Shown: positions 51,399 through 62,637 of the stretch, in pieces
Layout: every line of letters starts with the position of its first letter
Numbering within the stretch: the first letter of the stretch is position 1
DNA from: Macrostomum lignano
Taxonomy: Eukaryota
Assembly: GCA_002269645.1 (NCBI GenBank)
Contig: NIVC01001415.1
Span: 1 to 64,000, forward strand
DNA: 64,000 nt
Direction: 5' to 3'
Translations under genes and position numbers: made by a program
Notes under the pieces: model-generated
Databases searched by the model: none
Seen by the model: only the letters and a program-made list of their open reading frames with translations
What the model was told of the DNA's origin: nothing

Positions 51399-54300
51399 AT
51401 GCTGCTGCCGTTGCTCGTGCTCAGCCTGCTTGCCGCACAGACTGCAGCCCAGTCAGACAATGTCACCCGCATCGGCGCCCAGTTCCTGGACTCTTCCGTC
51501 AGCCTGACTGTTGGCAGGTCAGCTCACCTGTCCATCAGTCTCAATCAGTCATTCTCAGCCGGTGACTACCTGTACTTCACCTACCAGGCCGACTCTCAGT
51601 CACCGGTGCTGCCCTATCAGGAGCGCCAGGTTGTGCTGCCTCTGCCGGCTGTTTACCTGCCCCCCAATGCCACCGCGGCTGAGCTCAACCTCACCGGCTG
51701 GGATGCTGGCCGCCTCAGCATTGGAGTGAACTCCACCAACCCGGACTTCTTCAACAACCACAGCGTCTTTGTCCGGGTCACCGTGGCTAAGAGTGACGTC
51801 ATTGACGACTTCAACTTTGTGGTCGGCATTCTGTACGTGGTGCTCTGGTCCATGTCGTTTTACCCGCAGACTGTGCTCAACTATAGACGGAAGTGAGTTT
51901 TCTCATTTGAGTCCTCTGTGCTGTGAGGTTCCTTGAGTCCTCTGTGCTGTGAGGTTCCTTGAGTCCTCTGTGCTGTGAGGTTCCTTGAGTCCTCTGTGCT
52001 GTGAGGTTCCTTGAGTCCTCTGTGCTGTGAGGTTCCTTGAGTCCTCTGTGCTGTGAGTCCTCTGTGATAACTCACACAGGGGCTAAGGCTAGGATTAGGC
52101 TAAGATTAGGGTTAGGGTTTTTTATTAGAGGCAGGGGGGTTGTGTGCACTCTGGTGCACTTTAAGCGACATTGGCACACAACCGGCGAGAGGCATTGCTG
52201 CCCATTCCGCCGACTCCCCTGAGCAGGCATACAAGCGCGCGGATACATACGCAGGCACACACTCACACAGGAGTGTACAGCGGCCCTAACTTTATTTTAT
52301 CGTTAGGCATGTACACTTCACTGCGCCTTGGGGGGTTGGCTCTCAAGGCCGTTAATTGCACGAGCAGAGCCAAGCCGAGATTCCAATTCAGCCCCAAATT
52401 AATGTGACTGCACTTGGAATCGAGCCTGGGTCGCTGGCACATCAGAGCAGCTGCGCTACCGCTGGGCTACGCCCCCCCTTAGGGTTAGGGTTAGGGTTGG
52501 CAGTCAAATGGCTGGCCGTCAACAGTCACAGACCCCAGTCCAGCTGTGGTGGGGGCTGCAGTCCAGCCATGCCGCACCCGCAGGTCGGTGGTTGGCCTCA
52601 ACTTCGACTTCATCGGGCTGAACCTGCTGGGCTTCTGCGCCTACGCGGCCTTCAACGTGTGCCTGTACTGGGTGGCGCCGGTGCAGGAGCTGTACTTCAG
52701 GCGGCATCCGCGCGGCGTCATCCCCGTGGAAATCGCCGACGTGGTGTTCACTTTGCACGCAGTTGTCATCACCTCTGTGCAGGTGAGAAAGTCACTGGTT
52801 GCCAGATCAGAGTCTGCAGCCGGGAGAGAATGCTGATGAGCACTACTAAGTAGGTGCGCAATTCAAAAACGAAGGTTCTTCAGAAGTAAAAAAATAGAAA
52901 ACTGATCGAACGTCATTGCTTGTCCAACTGGGGCATTGCTCTAAAAGAAGACAGAGCATTGTTATACAATTATTTTGCCTTTAAAACTTGAGGATTTTTG
53001 TGAGGTGTACATGCGTATTCTTGGAAGAGCGGATTAAAGGTAAAAGCGGTTCAAATATATCAGTTGCAGTCTGCAATGCTTGCTCAGACTCTTGTGCCAT
53101 TGGATCGTCATCAAATTTATCCGATATTTCAATCGCTGTCACCCCCACCGGGATCGCCAGGTGGTTCAGTGCTGCCTGTACGAGCGCGGCGGGCAGCGGG
53201 TGTCCCTGACTGCCCGCCTGCTGCTGGCCGCGATGCTGCTGTTCCTGCTGGCTGCCCTGCTGGTGTCCGCCTTCTGGCAGGCCGGCTTCGACTGGCTCAA
53301 CTATCTGTACTGCGTGTCCTATGTGAAGCTGACCGTCACCCTCATCAAGTACTCGCCTCAGGCTTACATGAACTACAAGTAAGTGGCTTAGGTGGCTCTG
53401 CTCCCGTTTGCCCCGCCTCTGACTACAGTTTGGTGGCTCTGATGCCCTCACATCGCTAACCTTACCGACCATAGCTTATCTTGCGCTCATTTCTTCACAT
53501 AGCCCTCCATCTTTCCATATTCATTTTCTATCTTCCCACACTCCTTTCCACCTTCCCACACTCCTCCCCATCTTCCCACATACATCCCTACCTTCCCACA
53601 CTCCTTCCCATCTTCCCACATACATCCCTACCTTCCCACACTCCTTCCCATCTTCCCACATACATTCCTACCTTCCCACACTCCTCCCCATCTTCCCACA
53701 TACATCCCTACCTTCCCACACTCCTTCCCATCTTCCCACATACATCCCTACCTTCCCACACTCCTTCCCATCTTCCCACATACATCCCTACCTTCCCACA
53801 CTCCTTCCCATCTTCCCACATACATTCCTACCTTCCCACACTCCTTCCCATCTTCCCACATACATCCCTACCTTCCCACACTCCTTCCCATCTTCCCACA
53901 TACATTCCTACCTTCCCACACTCCTTCCCATCTTCCCACATGCATTCCTACCTTCCCACACTCCTTCCCATCTTCCCACACTGCACTCATTCTCCCTATC
54001 TAGATCTTACCGCATCCCTCGTCTTTTCCCGCTGCTTCTTAATTCACATCCTCCTAGGCATGCCTTCCCATCCTTAGACCCAGGCTCCAACCTTTCCTTC
54101 CCAACTGAACTCCACACGCTCCCCAGACGGCAGTCGACAGACGGCTGGTCCATCGGGACGATCTTCACCGACTTCAGCGGCGGCGCGCTCAGCATCCTGC
54201 AGATGATGCTGCTGGCCTACAACTACAACGACTGGCCCTCCATCATGGGCGACCCGACCAAGTTCGGCCTGGGGCTGGTCTCCATCCTGTACGACTGCGT

Positions 54301-54490
54301 CTTCTTCGTGCAGCACTACGGGCTCTACGGCGAGCCGGCGAGGCGGCGGCGACAGCGACGGCTGCTGCGCGTGTCTGCGACGGAGGCTGCCGACTCGCCC
54401 GCCGTCAATCAGCCGCCCACTGCCGCCGCAGAGCAGCCCGACGAGGGTCAGCCGGGCGATGCCGATGATAACAAACCGCTGCTGGGTTGA
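51399..54490 (+). CDS. CTNS: Cystinosin (PQ-loop lysosomal cystine/H+ symporter), ~421 aa
   Basis: Exons 51399-51892, 52584-52782, 53170-53378, 54127-54490, phases consistent. Signal peptide MLLPLLVLSLLAAQTAA. PQ-loop motifs WSMSFYPQ, RRKSVVGLNFDF, DVVFTLHA, KYSPQAYMNY, STDGWSIG, DFSGGALSILQM, GDPTKFGLG. Confidence 0.96.
51907..52065. repeat. 26-bp minisatellite (TGAGTCCTCTGTGCTGTGAGGTTCCT), ~6 copies
   Basis: Period of 26; CTNS intron 1. Confidence 0.93.
52118..52478 (-). mobile_element. tRNA-derived SINE, copy 2, antisense in CTNS intron 1, flanked by TTAGGG repeats
   Basis: The reverse complement begins GGGGGGGCGTAGCCCAGCGG..CCCAGGCTCGATTCC, aligns end to end with 24726-25096, and ends TCTAATAAAAAAA. 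TTAGGGTTAGGGTT at 52106-52119 and 52479-52492. Confidence 0.85.
53540..53980. repeat. 40-bp pyrimidine-rich minisatellite (TACATCCCTACCTTCCCACACTCCTTCCCATCTTCCCACA), ~11 copies
   Basis: Period of 40; CTNS intron 3. Confidence 0.93.
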
Positions 54491-54508
54491 GCAGCGTGGG
54501 AATGTCCG

Positions 54509-54598
54509 CTGTCTGTCTGTCTGCTGTCTGTCTGTCTCTGTCTGTCTGTCTGTCTCTTTGTCTGTCTGTCTGTCTGTCTGTCTTAGTGTCTGTCTTAG

Positions 54599-54651
<53 letters not shown>

Positions 54652-54700
54652 TAGTGTCTGTCTGTCTGTCTGTCCTTCTGTCTGTCTGTCTGTCTGTCCT

Positions 54701-54737
<37 letters not shown>

Positions 54738-54754
54738 GTCTGTCTGTCTGTCTC

Positions 54755-54793
<39 letters not shown>

Positions 54794-54874
54794 TAGTGTC
54801 TGTCTGTCTGTCTTAGTGTCTGTCTGTCTGTCTGTCTTAGTGTCTGTCTTTCTGTCTGTCTGTCTGTCTGTCCT

Positions 54875-54955
<81 letters not shown>

Positions 54956-55005
54956 GTCTGTCCTGTCTGTCTGTCTGTCTGTCTGTCATTCTGTCTGTCT
55001 GTCCT

Positions 55006-55043
<38 letters not shown>

Positions 55044-55102
55044 CTTCTGCCTGTCTGTCTCTGTCTGTCTGTCTGTCTCTTTATCTGTCTGTCTGTCTGT
55101 CC

Positions 55103-55163
<61 letters not shown>

Positions 55164-55165
55164 CC
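54509..55165. repeat. (TGTC)n microsatellite starting ~20 nt after the CTNS stop
   Basis: Tandem unit read directly. Confidence 0.96.
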
Positions 55166-55825
55166 TGCTTAGAGATAATTTGTGTTCTATTATCCAGCTC
55201 TTAGACGCAATAATGTCTCAAATGTACCTGCTTTTTCGTCTGCTGATTTTTTGCGCGCTTATTTATTCATGCAAATATGACAGTCGAAAGTCCGCACCAA
55301 GTGTGCTTATATACTACTTTACCAAGTAGCCTCTGCTTGTCTGATTTGACTTGCTAGGATAAATCAACAGGGTTGAAATTTTGCGCAGACAAACCTGCTG
55401 CTCTTATGGCCTTTCGACTGTGTGCAGCATCTCAACTGTATGCCAATCTGGTCAGCAATCTCATGCTCACTATCTAAATCGAATGCTATTACTGATGCTT
55501 ATGATAAGTTGTATTGCTATCTGTACTTTTCAATCAATTGATGGATGGACTGTACTGCAGAACTAAAATTTATTTTTGAGTCAGTATTTTTTGCGCGTTA
55601 CTTGCGTTTCTTTTGATTAAAAATTAAGAAACAGAGCACTGTGCAATGTTTTGTAGCCACTTCGCAAAATTTTGTCTGTCAGAATTCCTGATATTTTTAA
55701 ATATATTTATACTACTGTAAGTAGATCTTATTGCTTTCTATTTTAGACTGCAACATCTGAAATCATTGCTAAATATTATTTGCATAAGATTTCTGTTATT
55801 TTGGGGGATTTGAGACCCTAAATTG

Positions 55826-56898
55826 AATTTGGGATTTGAGATTCCCTCATCCGATTGGGGATTTGGGATTCCCTCATCAAATTGGGGTTTTTGGGATTCC
55901 CTCATCCAATTGGGGATTTGGGATTCCCTCATCCGATTGGGGATTTGGGATTCCCTCATCCAATTGGGGATTTGGGATTCCCTCATCCAATTGGGGTTTT
56001 TGGGATTCCTTCATCCAATTGGGAATTTTGGATTCCCTCATCCAATTGGGGATTTGGGATTCCCTCATCAAATTGGGGATTTGGGATTCCCTCATCAAAT
56101 TGGGGATTTGGGATTCCCTCATCAAATTGGGGATTTGGGATTCCCTCATCCAATTGGGGATTTGGGATTCCTTCATCAAATTGGGGATTTGGGATTCCCT
56201 CATCAAATTGGGGATTTGGGATTCCCTCATCAAATTGGGGATTTGGGATTCCCTCATCCAATTGGGGATTTGGGATTCCCTCATCAAATTGGGGATTTGG
56301 GATTCCCTCATCAAATTGGGGATTTGGGATTCCCTCATCCAATTGGGGATTTGGGATTCCCTCATCAAATTGGGGATTTGGGATTCCCTCATCCAATTGG
56401 GGATTTGGGATTCCCTCATCAAATTGGGGTTTTTGGGATTCCCTCATCCAATTGGGGATTTGGGATTCCCTCATCCGATTGGGGATTTGGGATTCCTTCA
56501 TCCAATTGGGGATTTGGGATTCCTTCATCCAATTGGGGATTTGGGATTCCTTCATCCGATTGGGGATTTGGGATTCCTTCATCCGATTGGGGATTTGGGA
56601 TTCCTTCATCCAATTGGGGATTTGGGATTCCCTCATCAAATTGGGGATTTGGGATTCCCTCATCAAATTGGGGATTTGGGATTCCCTCATCAAATTGGGG
56701 ATTTGGGATTCCCTCATCAAATTGGGGATTTGGGATTCCCTCATCAAATTGGGGATTTGGGATTCCCTCATCAAATTGGGGATTTGGGATTCCCTCATCC
56801 AATTGGGGATTTGGGATTCCCTCATCAAATTGGGGATTTGGGATTCCCTCATCAAATTGGGGATTTGGGATTCCCTCATCAAATTGGGGATTTGGGAG
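55826..56898. repeat. 27-bp minisatellite (AATTGGGGATTTGGGATTCCCTCATC[A/C]), ~39 copies
   Basis: Period of 27. Confidence 0.97.
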
Positions 56899-57651
56899 AC
56901 CCACCGAATTGAGATAGTCGAGCTCGCGAGACACGCGAGTTAAAGCAAGATCCCGATTTTCTTTTTCCCTACTATTATCCCACTGGTGCCGAGTGACGCA
57001 TGCATGCGGAGACATGGGATGTCACTGATTGCCGGTCCACTAGCGGATGTGGCACGCGAGTTGGCCTCAAGCTTTGTCGACTTGAAGATTTCTGTATGTA
57101 GCTCCCTGGAAAGGCACGAGGTAAAATGACTTTCTGGGAAAATAAATGTAAAAGGGTGGTGTTTTAAAATTTTGACGTGATTGGGTAATTTTATCAACTT
57201 GAAATTTTTCGAACATGGTCAGCGCACCATGTCTCTTGTTAGGCGCCTCTCGGTGGGCGCCCCTGTCTCTTGATTGGTGCCACTGTATCTTCGTGGGCGC
57301 CCCTATTCCTGTCTTTTAGGCCGGTAGATGTCACGTCAAAAAGCTGGCAGAAGTCGAGCTTCTGTCATTCGTTTTTGGGGGAGCGCAATTTGCTTCGGCC
57401 CCCTCTGCGTTGATAGCAGTATTGATGCAAGAATTGATGAGTTCATTCGCGTACTTATCACTCGGTGATCTCGGTTATATTTACGCTTTGTAAAGTTCTA
57501 TCGCTACATGACTCGATTTCTACGCTCGCAGCTGTCTATGGTAAATCCCTCGGGCATCTGCAAAGTCCGCAAGCAAGTCGGGTCCCACACTGCAGGCTGT
57601 TTGCATTATCTGGCACGAATAGACTTTGCACTCGATTAGAACGCGCAGCCG

Positions 57652-60276
57652 ATGTCGGACCTCGAGTTCCCCAGGTGGGGCCACATCTCGGTCGGCTCCG
57701 AGGCCACCGAGTCCGCCGCTGCCTTGAAGCCTGCCGCGGGCGCCGCCGGGCCGCTCGAGCTGAGCTTTCACACGTCGGACATGAGCACCCGCGGCAGCAG
57801 CACCAGCAGCAGCGGCAGGACTGTGGTTCAGCATCTCGTCACCGTCACCGACTCCGCCAGCTCCGGCGCCAGTTGCCCTAGCAACAATCTCCATAGCAAC
57901 GCGGTTCGCCTCCCGGAGCCGGTCACTTCGTCGACGGACGAATCGACGATCGCCTTCCGCCTGCCGGTGACGGACCTGCGCGATGTCGACGACTCGACTA
58001 CGACGTCGACTTCCAATTATCAGGCCGCTGCTTTCGAGCCGCCTGTGCAGCCTTCGAGAGCCGCTCCGGTGGCGCAAGTCGGTCAGCCGTCGGATCGCAC
58101 CGCGCCAGCCCTGGCCGTCGCCGGCCCCTGCCGAGTGGTCGCTGCACGGCGGTTGCCGAGTTTCACAAAAACTGGTCGAGTCGTGAGTTGCAGAAACAGA
58201 CTTTGGGGGTATTTTCAGGGTGTCGCATGCGCTCTGTCTGCAGTAAGTGAAGCCTAGTGAGTAAACAACTGACGCCCCAATACTGGCATCAAACAGAGAA
58301 ACCGCCCACTCTGCTAAGCCCACTTCCATTTTGTGACTTGATTGACATTCCATTTGGTCTCTAAAAAGTCTAAAAAGGCCCGCTTTGAAGACAGCAAAAC
58401 TGCAGGATAGTCTATAAAGCCATGCGGCTTCCAACGCAAACACCTTCAATGCCTTTTTGCAGCCGAAGACCTCAGCCAGCAGTCGGCTTCGTCGCCCAGT
58501 CACTCGTCGCTGCAGCCGCGCGCCCAGCCCGTGCACTCCGTCCGTTTCGCCTTGGACAACATCGGCAGCCGCGCCGGCGGCGGCAGCAGCGGCGTCTTCC
58601 ATCGGCCTCGGGGCGACTGCGGCAGGGCCGAGCTGCGCCGTCTGGCGCCACGATTCCCGATCTGGAGCGAGGCCGGCGTCACCGACACAAACGTTGCCAA
58701 CGCGTCGAAAGTTGCAACACCTCCGCCGCCGATGCCGAAAGCGGCCGCGCCCGCAGCCGCCGCTCCAGTCGCCTCCGCCAAGAAGGTTGACAAAGACAGG
58801 TCAACGGGCTCGCAGTCCTGCTGCAGCGACTGCTCGCCGCTTCGCGTCCTCGGCCTGATGGTCTATTACCTTACCATATGGGCCGTGAGCGCCGGCTTCA
58901 CCTGGCTGCTGCTGGAGGCCTCCTTGATGCTCACCAGCCGGGGCAGCTTCCCCTATTACATGTCGCCGCACTCGTTCTGCCTCTCCAGCCCCAGCATCGG
59001 ATTTCCGGGTGGCAACCCGGAGCCCGGCAAGGTCACCGAGTTCGAAAACCTGGCCAGTCTCAGCCAGACTCTGCGCCAGAAATTGATAAGCAATTTTTTA
59101 CAGCCTGAAGCACCGAAGATGAGGCAGTGCGATGCTGGGAGCGAGGAGACTGTGGACTCAGACCTGCTCATGCAGCCCTGCAATCTGACGCTGTTTGCTC
59201 ATGCTGCCATCAGCCAGGTTGAGACCCTGCTCAAGGACAGACCAGCTGTGTTCGTAAAGGTTAGAATCTTGATTAGACTACGGGAGCTTTCTTCCTATGA
59301 GCAGCCGCGGTTCTCTCAATAACAGCCTTTCTCCACTCCTTAAGCAACATCTCTTTACTAAGCAGCCTCTTCACTCCCTGAGCAGCCTCTTCACTCCCTG
59401 AGCAGCCTCTTCACTCCCTGAGCAGCCTCTTCACTCCCTGAGCAGCCTCTTCACTCCCTGAGCAGCCTCTTCACTCCCTGAGCAGCCTCTTCACTCCCTG
59501 AGCAGCCTCTTCACTCCCTGAGCAGCCTCTTCACTCCCTAAGCAGCCTCTTCACTCCCTGAGCAGCCTCTTCACTCCCTGAGCAGCCTCTTCACTCCCTG
59601 AGCAGCCTCTTCACTCCCTGAGCAGCCTCTTCACTCCCTAAGCAGCCTCTTCACTCCCTGAGCAGCCTCTTCACTCACTGAGCAGCCTCTTCACTCCCTG
59701 AGCAGCCTCTTCACTCCCTAAGCAGCCTCTTCACTCCCTGAGCAGCCTCTTCACTCACTGAGCAGCCTCTTCACTCCCTAAGCAGCCTCTTCACTCACTG
59801 AGCAGCCTCTTCACTCCCTAAGCAGCCTCTTCACTCCCTAAGCAGCCTCTTCACTCCCTGAGCAGCCTCTTCACTCCCTGAGCAGCCTCTTCACTCCCTG
59901 AGCAGCCTCTTCACTCCCTGAGCAGCCTCTTTCTCCCCGCTGCAACTGGCAGATCAAGCGCCACCTGGGCTACCTGCCGGCCACCGGTGCTCACGTGACC
60001 ATCACCTGCAAGGCCAGCACTTCAGCCGGCAGTGTCTCGCTGCGCTACTACAGCTGGAATGACAGCAAGTTGGTGGAGTCCGAGTCGTTTGGCAGCGTGC
60101 CAACTCTGTACTTCCCCATGCTGAGCCGGTGGCACAACGCGCCCGCCGTGCTGGTGTCGCTGGCCAAGGCCGACAGCTCCGTGTGGAGCGGCAAGGAGCT
60201 GAAGATCAACTGCCAGGCCTCTGACGGCGGGAACTCGAAGCCGCCTGAACGGGAGGTCATCCTGAAGATCGGGTAG
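57652..60276 (+). CDS. Divergent Na+/K+-ATPase beta-subunit family protein with long low-complexity N-terminal extension, ~547 aa
   Basis: Exons 57652-58174, 58463-59259, 59953-60276 (an alternative exon 1/2 junction, 58182/58480, is also in frame). Single TM VLGLMVYYLTIWAVSAGFTWLLL followed by PYY..SPSIGFP. PAVFVKIKRHLGYLP resembles the beta-subunit PCIIIKLNRVLGFKP. VTITC, GSVPTLYFPM, PAVLVSL and KINCQA resemble the beta-subunit C-terminal fold. Confidence 0.72.
59350..59930. repeat. 20-bp minisatellite (AGCAGCCTCTTCACTCCCTG), ~29 copies
   Basis: Period of 20; intron 2 of the beta-subunit-like gene. Confidence 0.96.
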
Positions 60277-60559
60277 CTGCCTGCATTCATTTTTTTAAAT
60301 TGCCTCCAAAAATCCCGGAGACTTGGTGACTGTTACATCATAACGCAAACTTTTCCGTTTCTAAACAGTAAAGTCAGAAAAAAAGTTTTAAAAAATTCTT
60401 TGCTGTGTTTTACTTTTTTGGATGAAGAACTATTTTTTTAACGTCTAGGGTCGAGTTTCTAAGTTACCAATTCGAATACATTCTTGGAAGTTCGGAGACG
60501 TGCATGCAAACAAATAATGGAATATGAGCATAACAAATGCCTTTTGCTAAACTGGGTCT

Positions 60560-60671
60560 GCTACAGGACCAGAGGCCCCAGTCTCACAGCTACAGGACCA
60601 GAGGCCCCTGCAGTCTCACAGCTACAGGACCAGAGGCCCCAGTCTCACAGCTACAGGACCAGAGGCCCCAG
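60560..60671. repeat. 29-bp repeat (GCTACAGGACCAGAGGCCCCAGTCTCACA), ~3.7 copies, overlapping the glycosyltransferase stop codon
   Basis: Units start at 60560, 60589, 60621 and 60650. Confidence 0.9.
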
Positions 60672-62637
60672 CCTCATTCGCACTCGCAGCTGCATATTCG
60701 GGTCAATGTAGTTCTCGCTCAGCTGCCTGGACAAAGTGTTGTGCTCGCAGATCCACTCGCCGTGCCCCTTACGGTAGAGCAGCCGTTTCCTGTACAAGGA
60801 GGCCATCCGGTAGAAGGTCAGGCCCTGGAAGCAGGTGACCACCTTCACCGGGGCGCTGACCCCGCTGTGCAGCACCGCCTCGCTCCGCGCCTGATCGGTG
60901 TCCAGCCGCAGGTCGCCGCCTTCCTTGACGTGACCGGTAACGTCGGCCGGCGGCAGACGCAGCGTGCAGGGGTCGTAGATGGTGCGCCGGCCCCAGTGGT
61001 AATAGAAGCTGCTGGCGCACAGCGAGTCCAGCCGCGGCCTAGCATGGAAGAAGTACAGGCCCTGCAGGATGGAGGCCAGGTCCCAGTCGGCCCAGTGCAG
61101 ATCCGGGTCCAAGGCCAGCAGCAGCGAGTGGTTGGCAGCCAGGCGGCTGTACGCGAAGGCCAGCAGCTGGTTGCGGAGCGCCGACATCAGCTGAACGCGC
61201 TCGAGTTCCTCCAGGAGGCTTCGCTTCAGCCTGGGGCCGGGTTGGTGCCGTTTGCCAGTAGAGTAGGATGCGTTCAGGCGGCAAGGCTCCGGCGAGTTGA
61301 TGCGCCCGCAGCCGAGGAGGGTGGCGGAGACCCGGCTGGTGCTGGAGGAGCCGAGGTCGCTGGTCAGCTGATGCAGGCGCTGCCGGGTTTCGTCACTGGA
61401 GTCGTTCTCGAGGAAGACCAGGCTGCACCGGGCAAACTTGCCGCACAGGCGGAGCAAGTTCGAGATGGTTGTGTCCAGGCCTGCGGGATGGCGGAGTTTG
61501 CAATGTATTTGCACAACCTCACCATGCCCAAACATTTCTCAATCCTCACAGCAGGTGCTAAACCCTCCTAAACAGTTGCTCAACCCTCCTAAACGTGTGC
61601 TCAACCCTCCTAAACAGTTGCTCAACCCTCCTAAACGTGTGCTCAACCCTCCTAAACGTGTGCTCAACCCTCCTAAACAGTTGCTCAACCCTCCTAAACA
61701 GTTGCTCAACCCTCCTAAAAATTTGCTCAACCCTCCTAAACAGTTGCTCAACCCTCCAAAACAGTTGCTCAACCCTCCTAAACAGTTGCTCAACCCTCCT
61801 AAAAATTTGCTCAACCCTCCTAAACAGTTGCTCAACCCTCCAAAACAGTTGCTCAACCCTCCTAAACAGTTGCTCAACCCTCCTAAAAATTTGCTCAACC
61901 CTCCTAAACAGTTGCTCAACCCTCCAAAACAGTTGCTCAACCCTCCTAAACAGTTGCTCAACCCTCCTAAACAGTTGCTCAACCCCACTAAACGGGTGCC
62001 CAACCCTACTAAACGGGTGCTCAATCCTACTAAACGTGTGCTCAACCCTATTAAACGTGTGCTCAACCCTATTAAACGTGTGCTCAACCCTATTAACGTG
62101 TGCTCAACCCTATTAAACGTGTGCTCAACCCTATTAAACGTGTGCTCAACCCTATTAAACGTGTGCTCAACCCTCACAGCAGCCGCCTCCTTCACCTGGC
62201 ATGGCGTTGCGAGCTGTAGCCACAACCGCCAGCGACTGGGTGCTCAGCCAGCGCTCAGCCTGCGCCACCCGATACTCTGCAGACTCCTCAGCCGCAGACA
62301 GCCGCATCAGCGGTAGTTTGGTGCCCAGCTGGTCCATCCAGTGCAAGGCCGAGTCCATATGCCGCTCGGCCAGCCTGTAGAAGTGCTCGAAATTGTTGAA
62401 GTTCCTGGCCAGCTGCTCGTCCGAGTCGCCGACGCCGTCCCCAGCTGTCAGCGGCAGCGAGCGGACCTTGGCGCGCAGGAAGTCGGCGGCTTTTTCGTCG
62501 GTCACCTCCGTTTCACCGGCGGATGGCAGAAACCTGCCGCCGGCTCCGAAGAGCACCGAAACGCAGAGCAGCGACAGCAGGCCGGACAGCAGAGGTGCCC
62601 GTCGCAGCTTTCGATAAAAGCAGCTTGAGCTGACCAT
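60651..62637 (-). CDS. Type II membrane GT-A glycosyltransferase, CAP59/GT69 (cryptococcal mannosyltransferase)-like, ~423 aa
   Basis: Minus-strand exons 62637-62196 and 61480-60651 with a phase-1 GT-AG intron, total 1272 nt. Basic N-terminus and TM (LLSGLLSLLCVSVLFGAG). Motifs VFLENDSSDET, SALRNQLL, DxD (LDPDL), YDPCTLR, VKVVTCFQGLTFY, ICEH. The coding status is solid; the family call comes from recalled motifs only. Confidence 0.75.
61555..62173. repeat. 21-bp minisatellite (CTCAACCCTCCTAAACAGTTG), ~29 copies, filling the glycosyltransferase intron
   Basis: Tandem unit read directly. Confidence 0.95.

Noticed and set aside
52833-52880. Hammerhead-like CTGATGA followed by a GCAC/GTGC stem
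   Set aside because: The required GAAA core is replaced by GCAA, and no stems I or III are evident.
57520-58602. 360-aa minus-strand ORF
   Set aside because: Antisense to the beta-subunit-like gene, which has the better splice and motif support; no domain is recognisable.
60537-61571. 344-aa plus-strand ORF
   Set aside because: Antisense shadow of the GC-rich glycosyltransferase exon; it begins in a repeat and has no recognisable domain.
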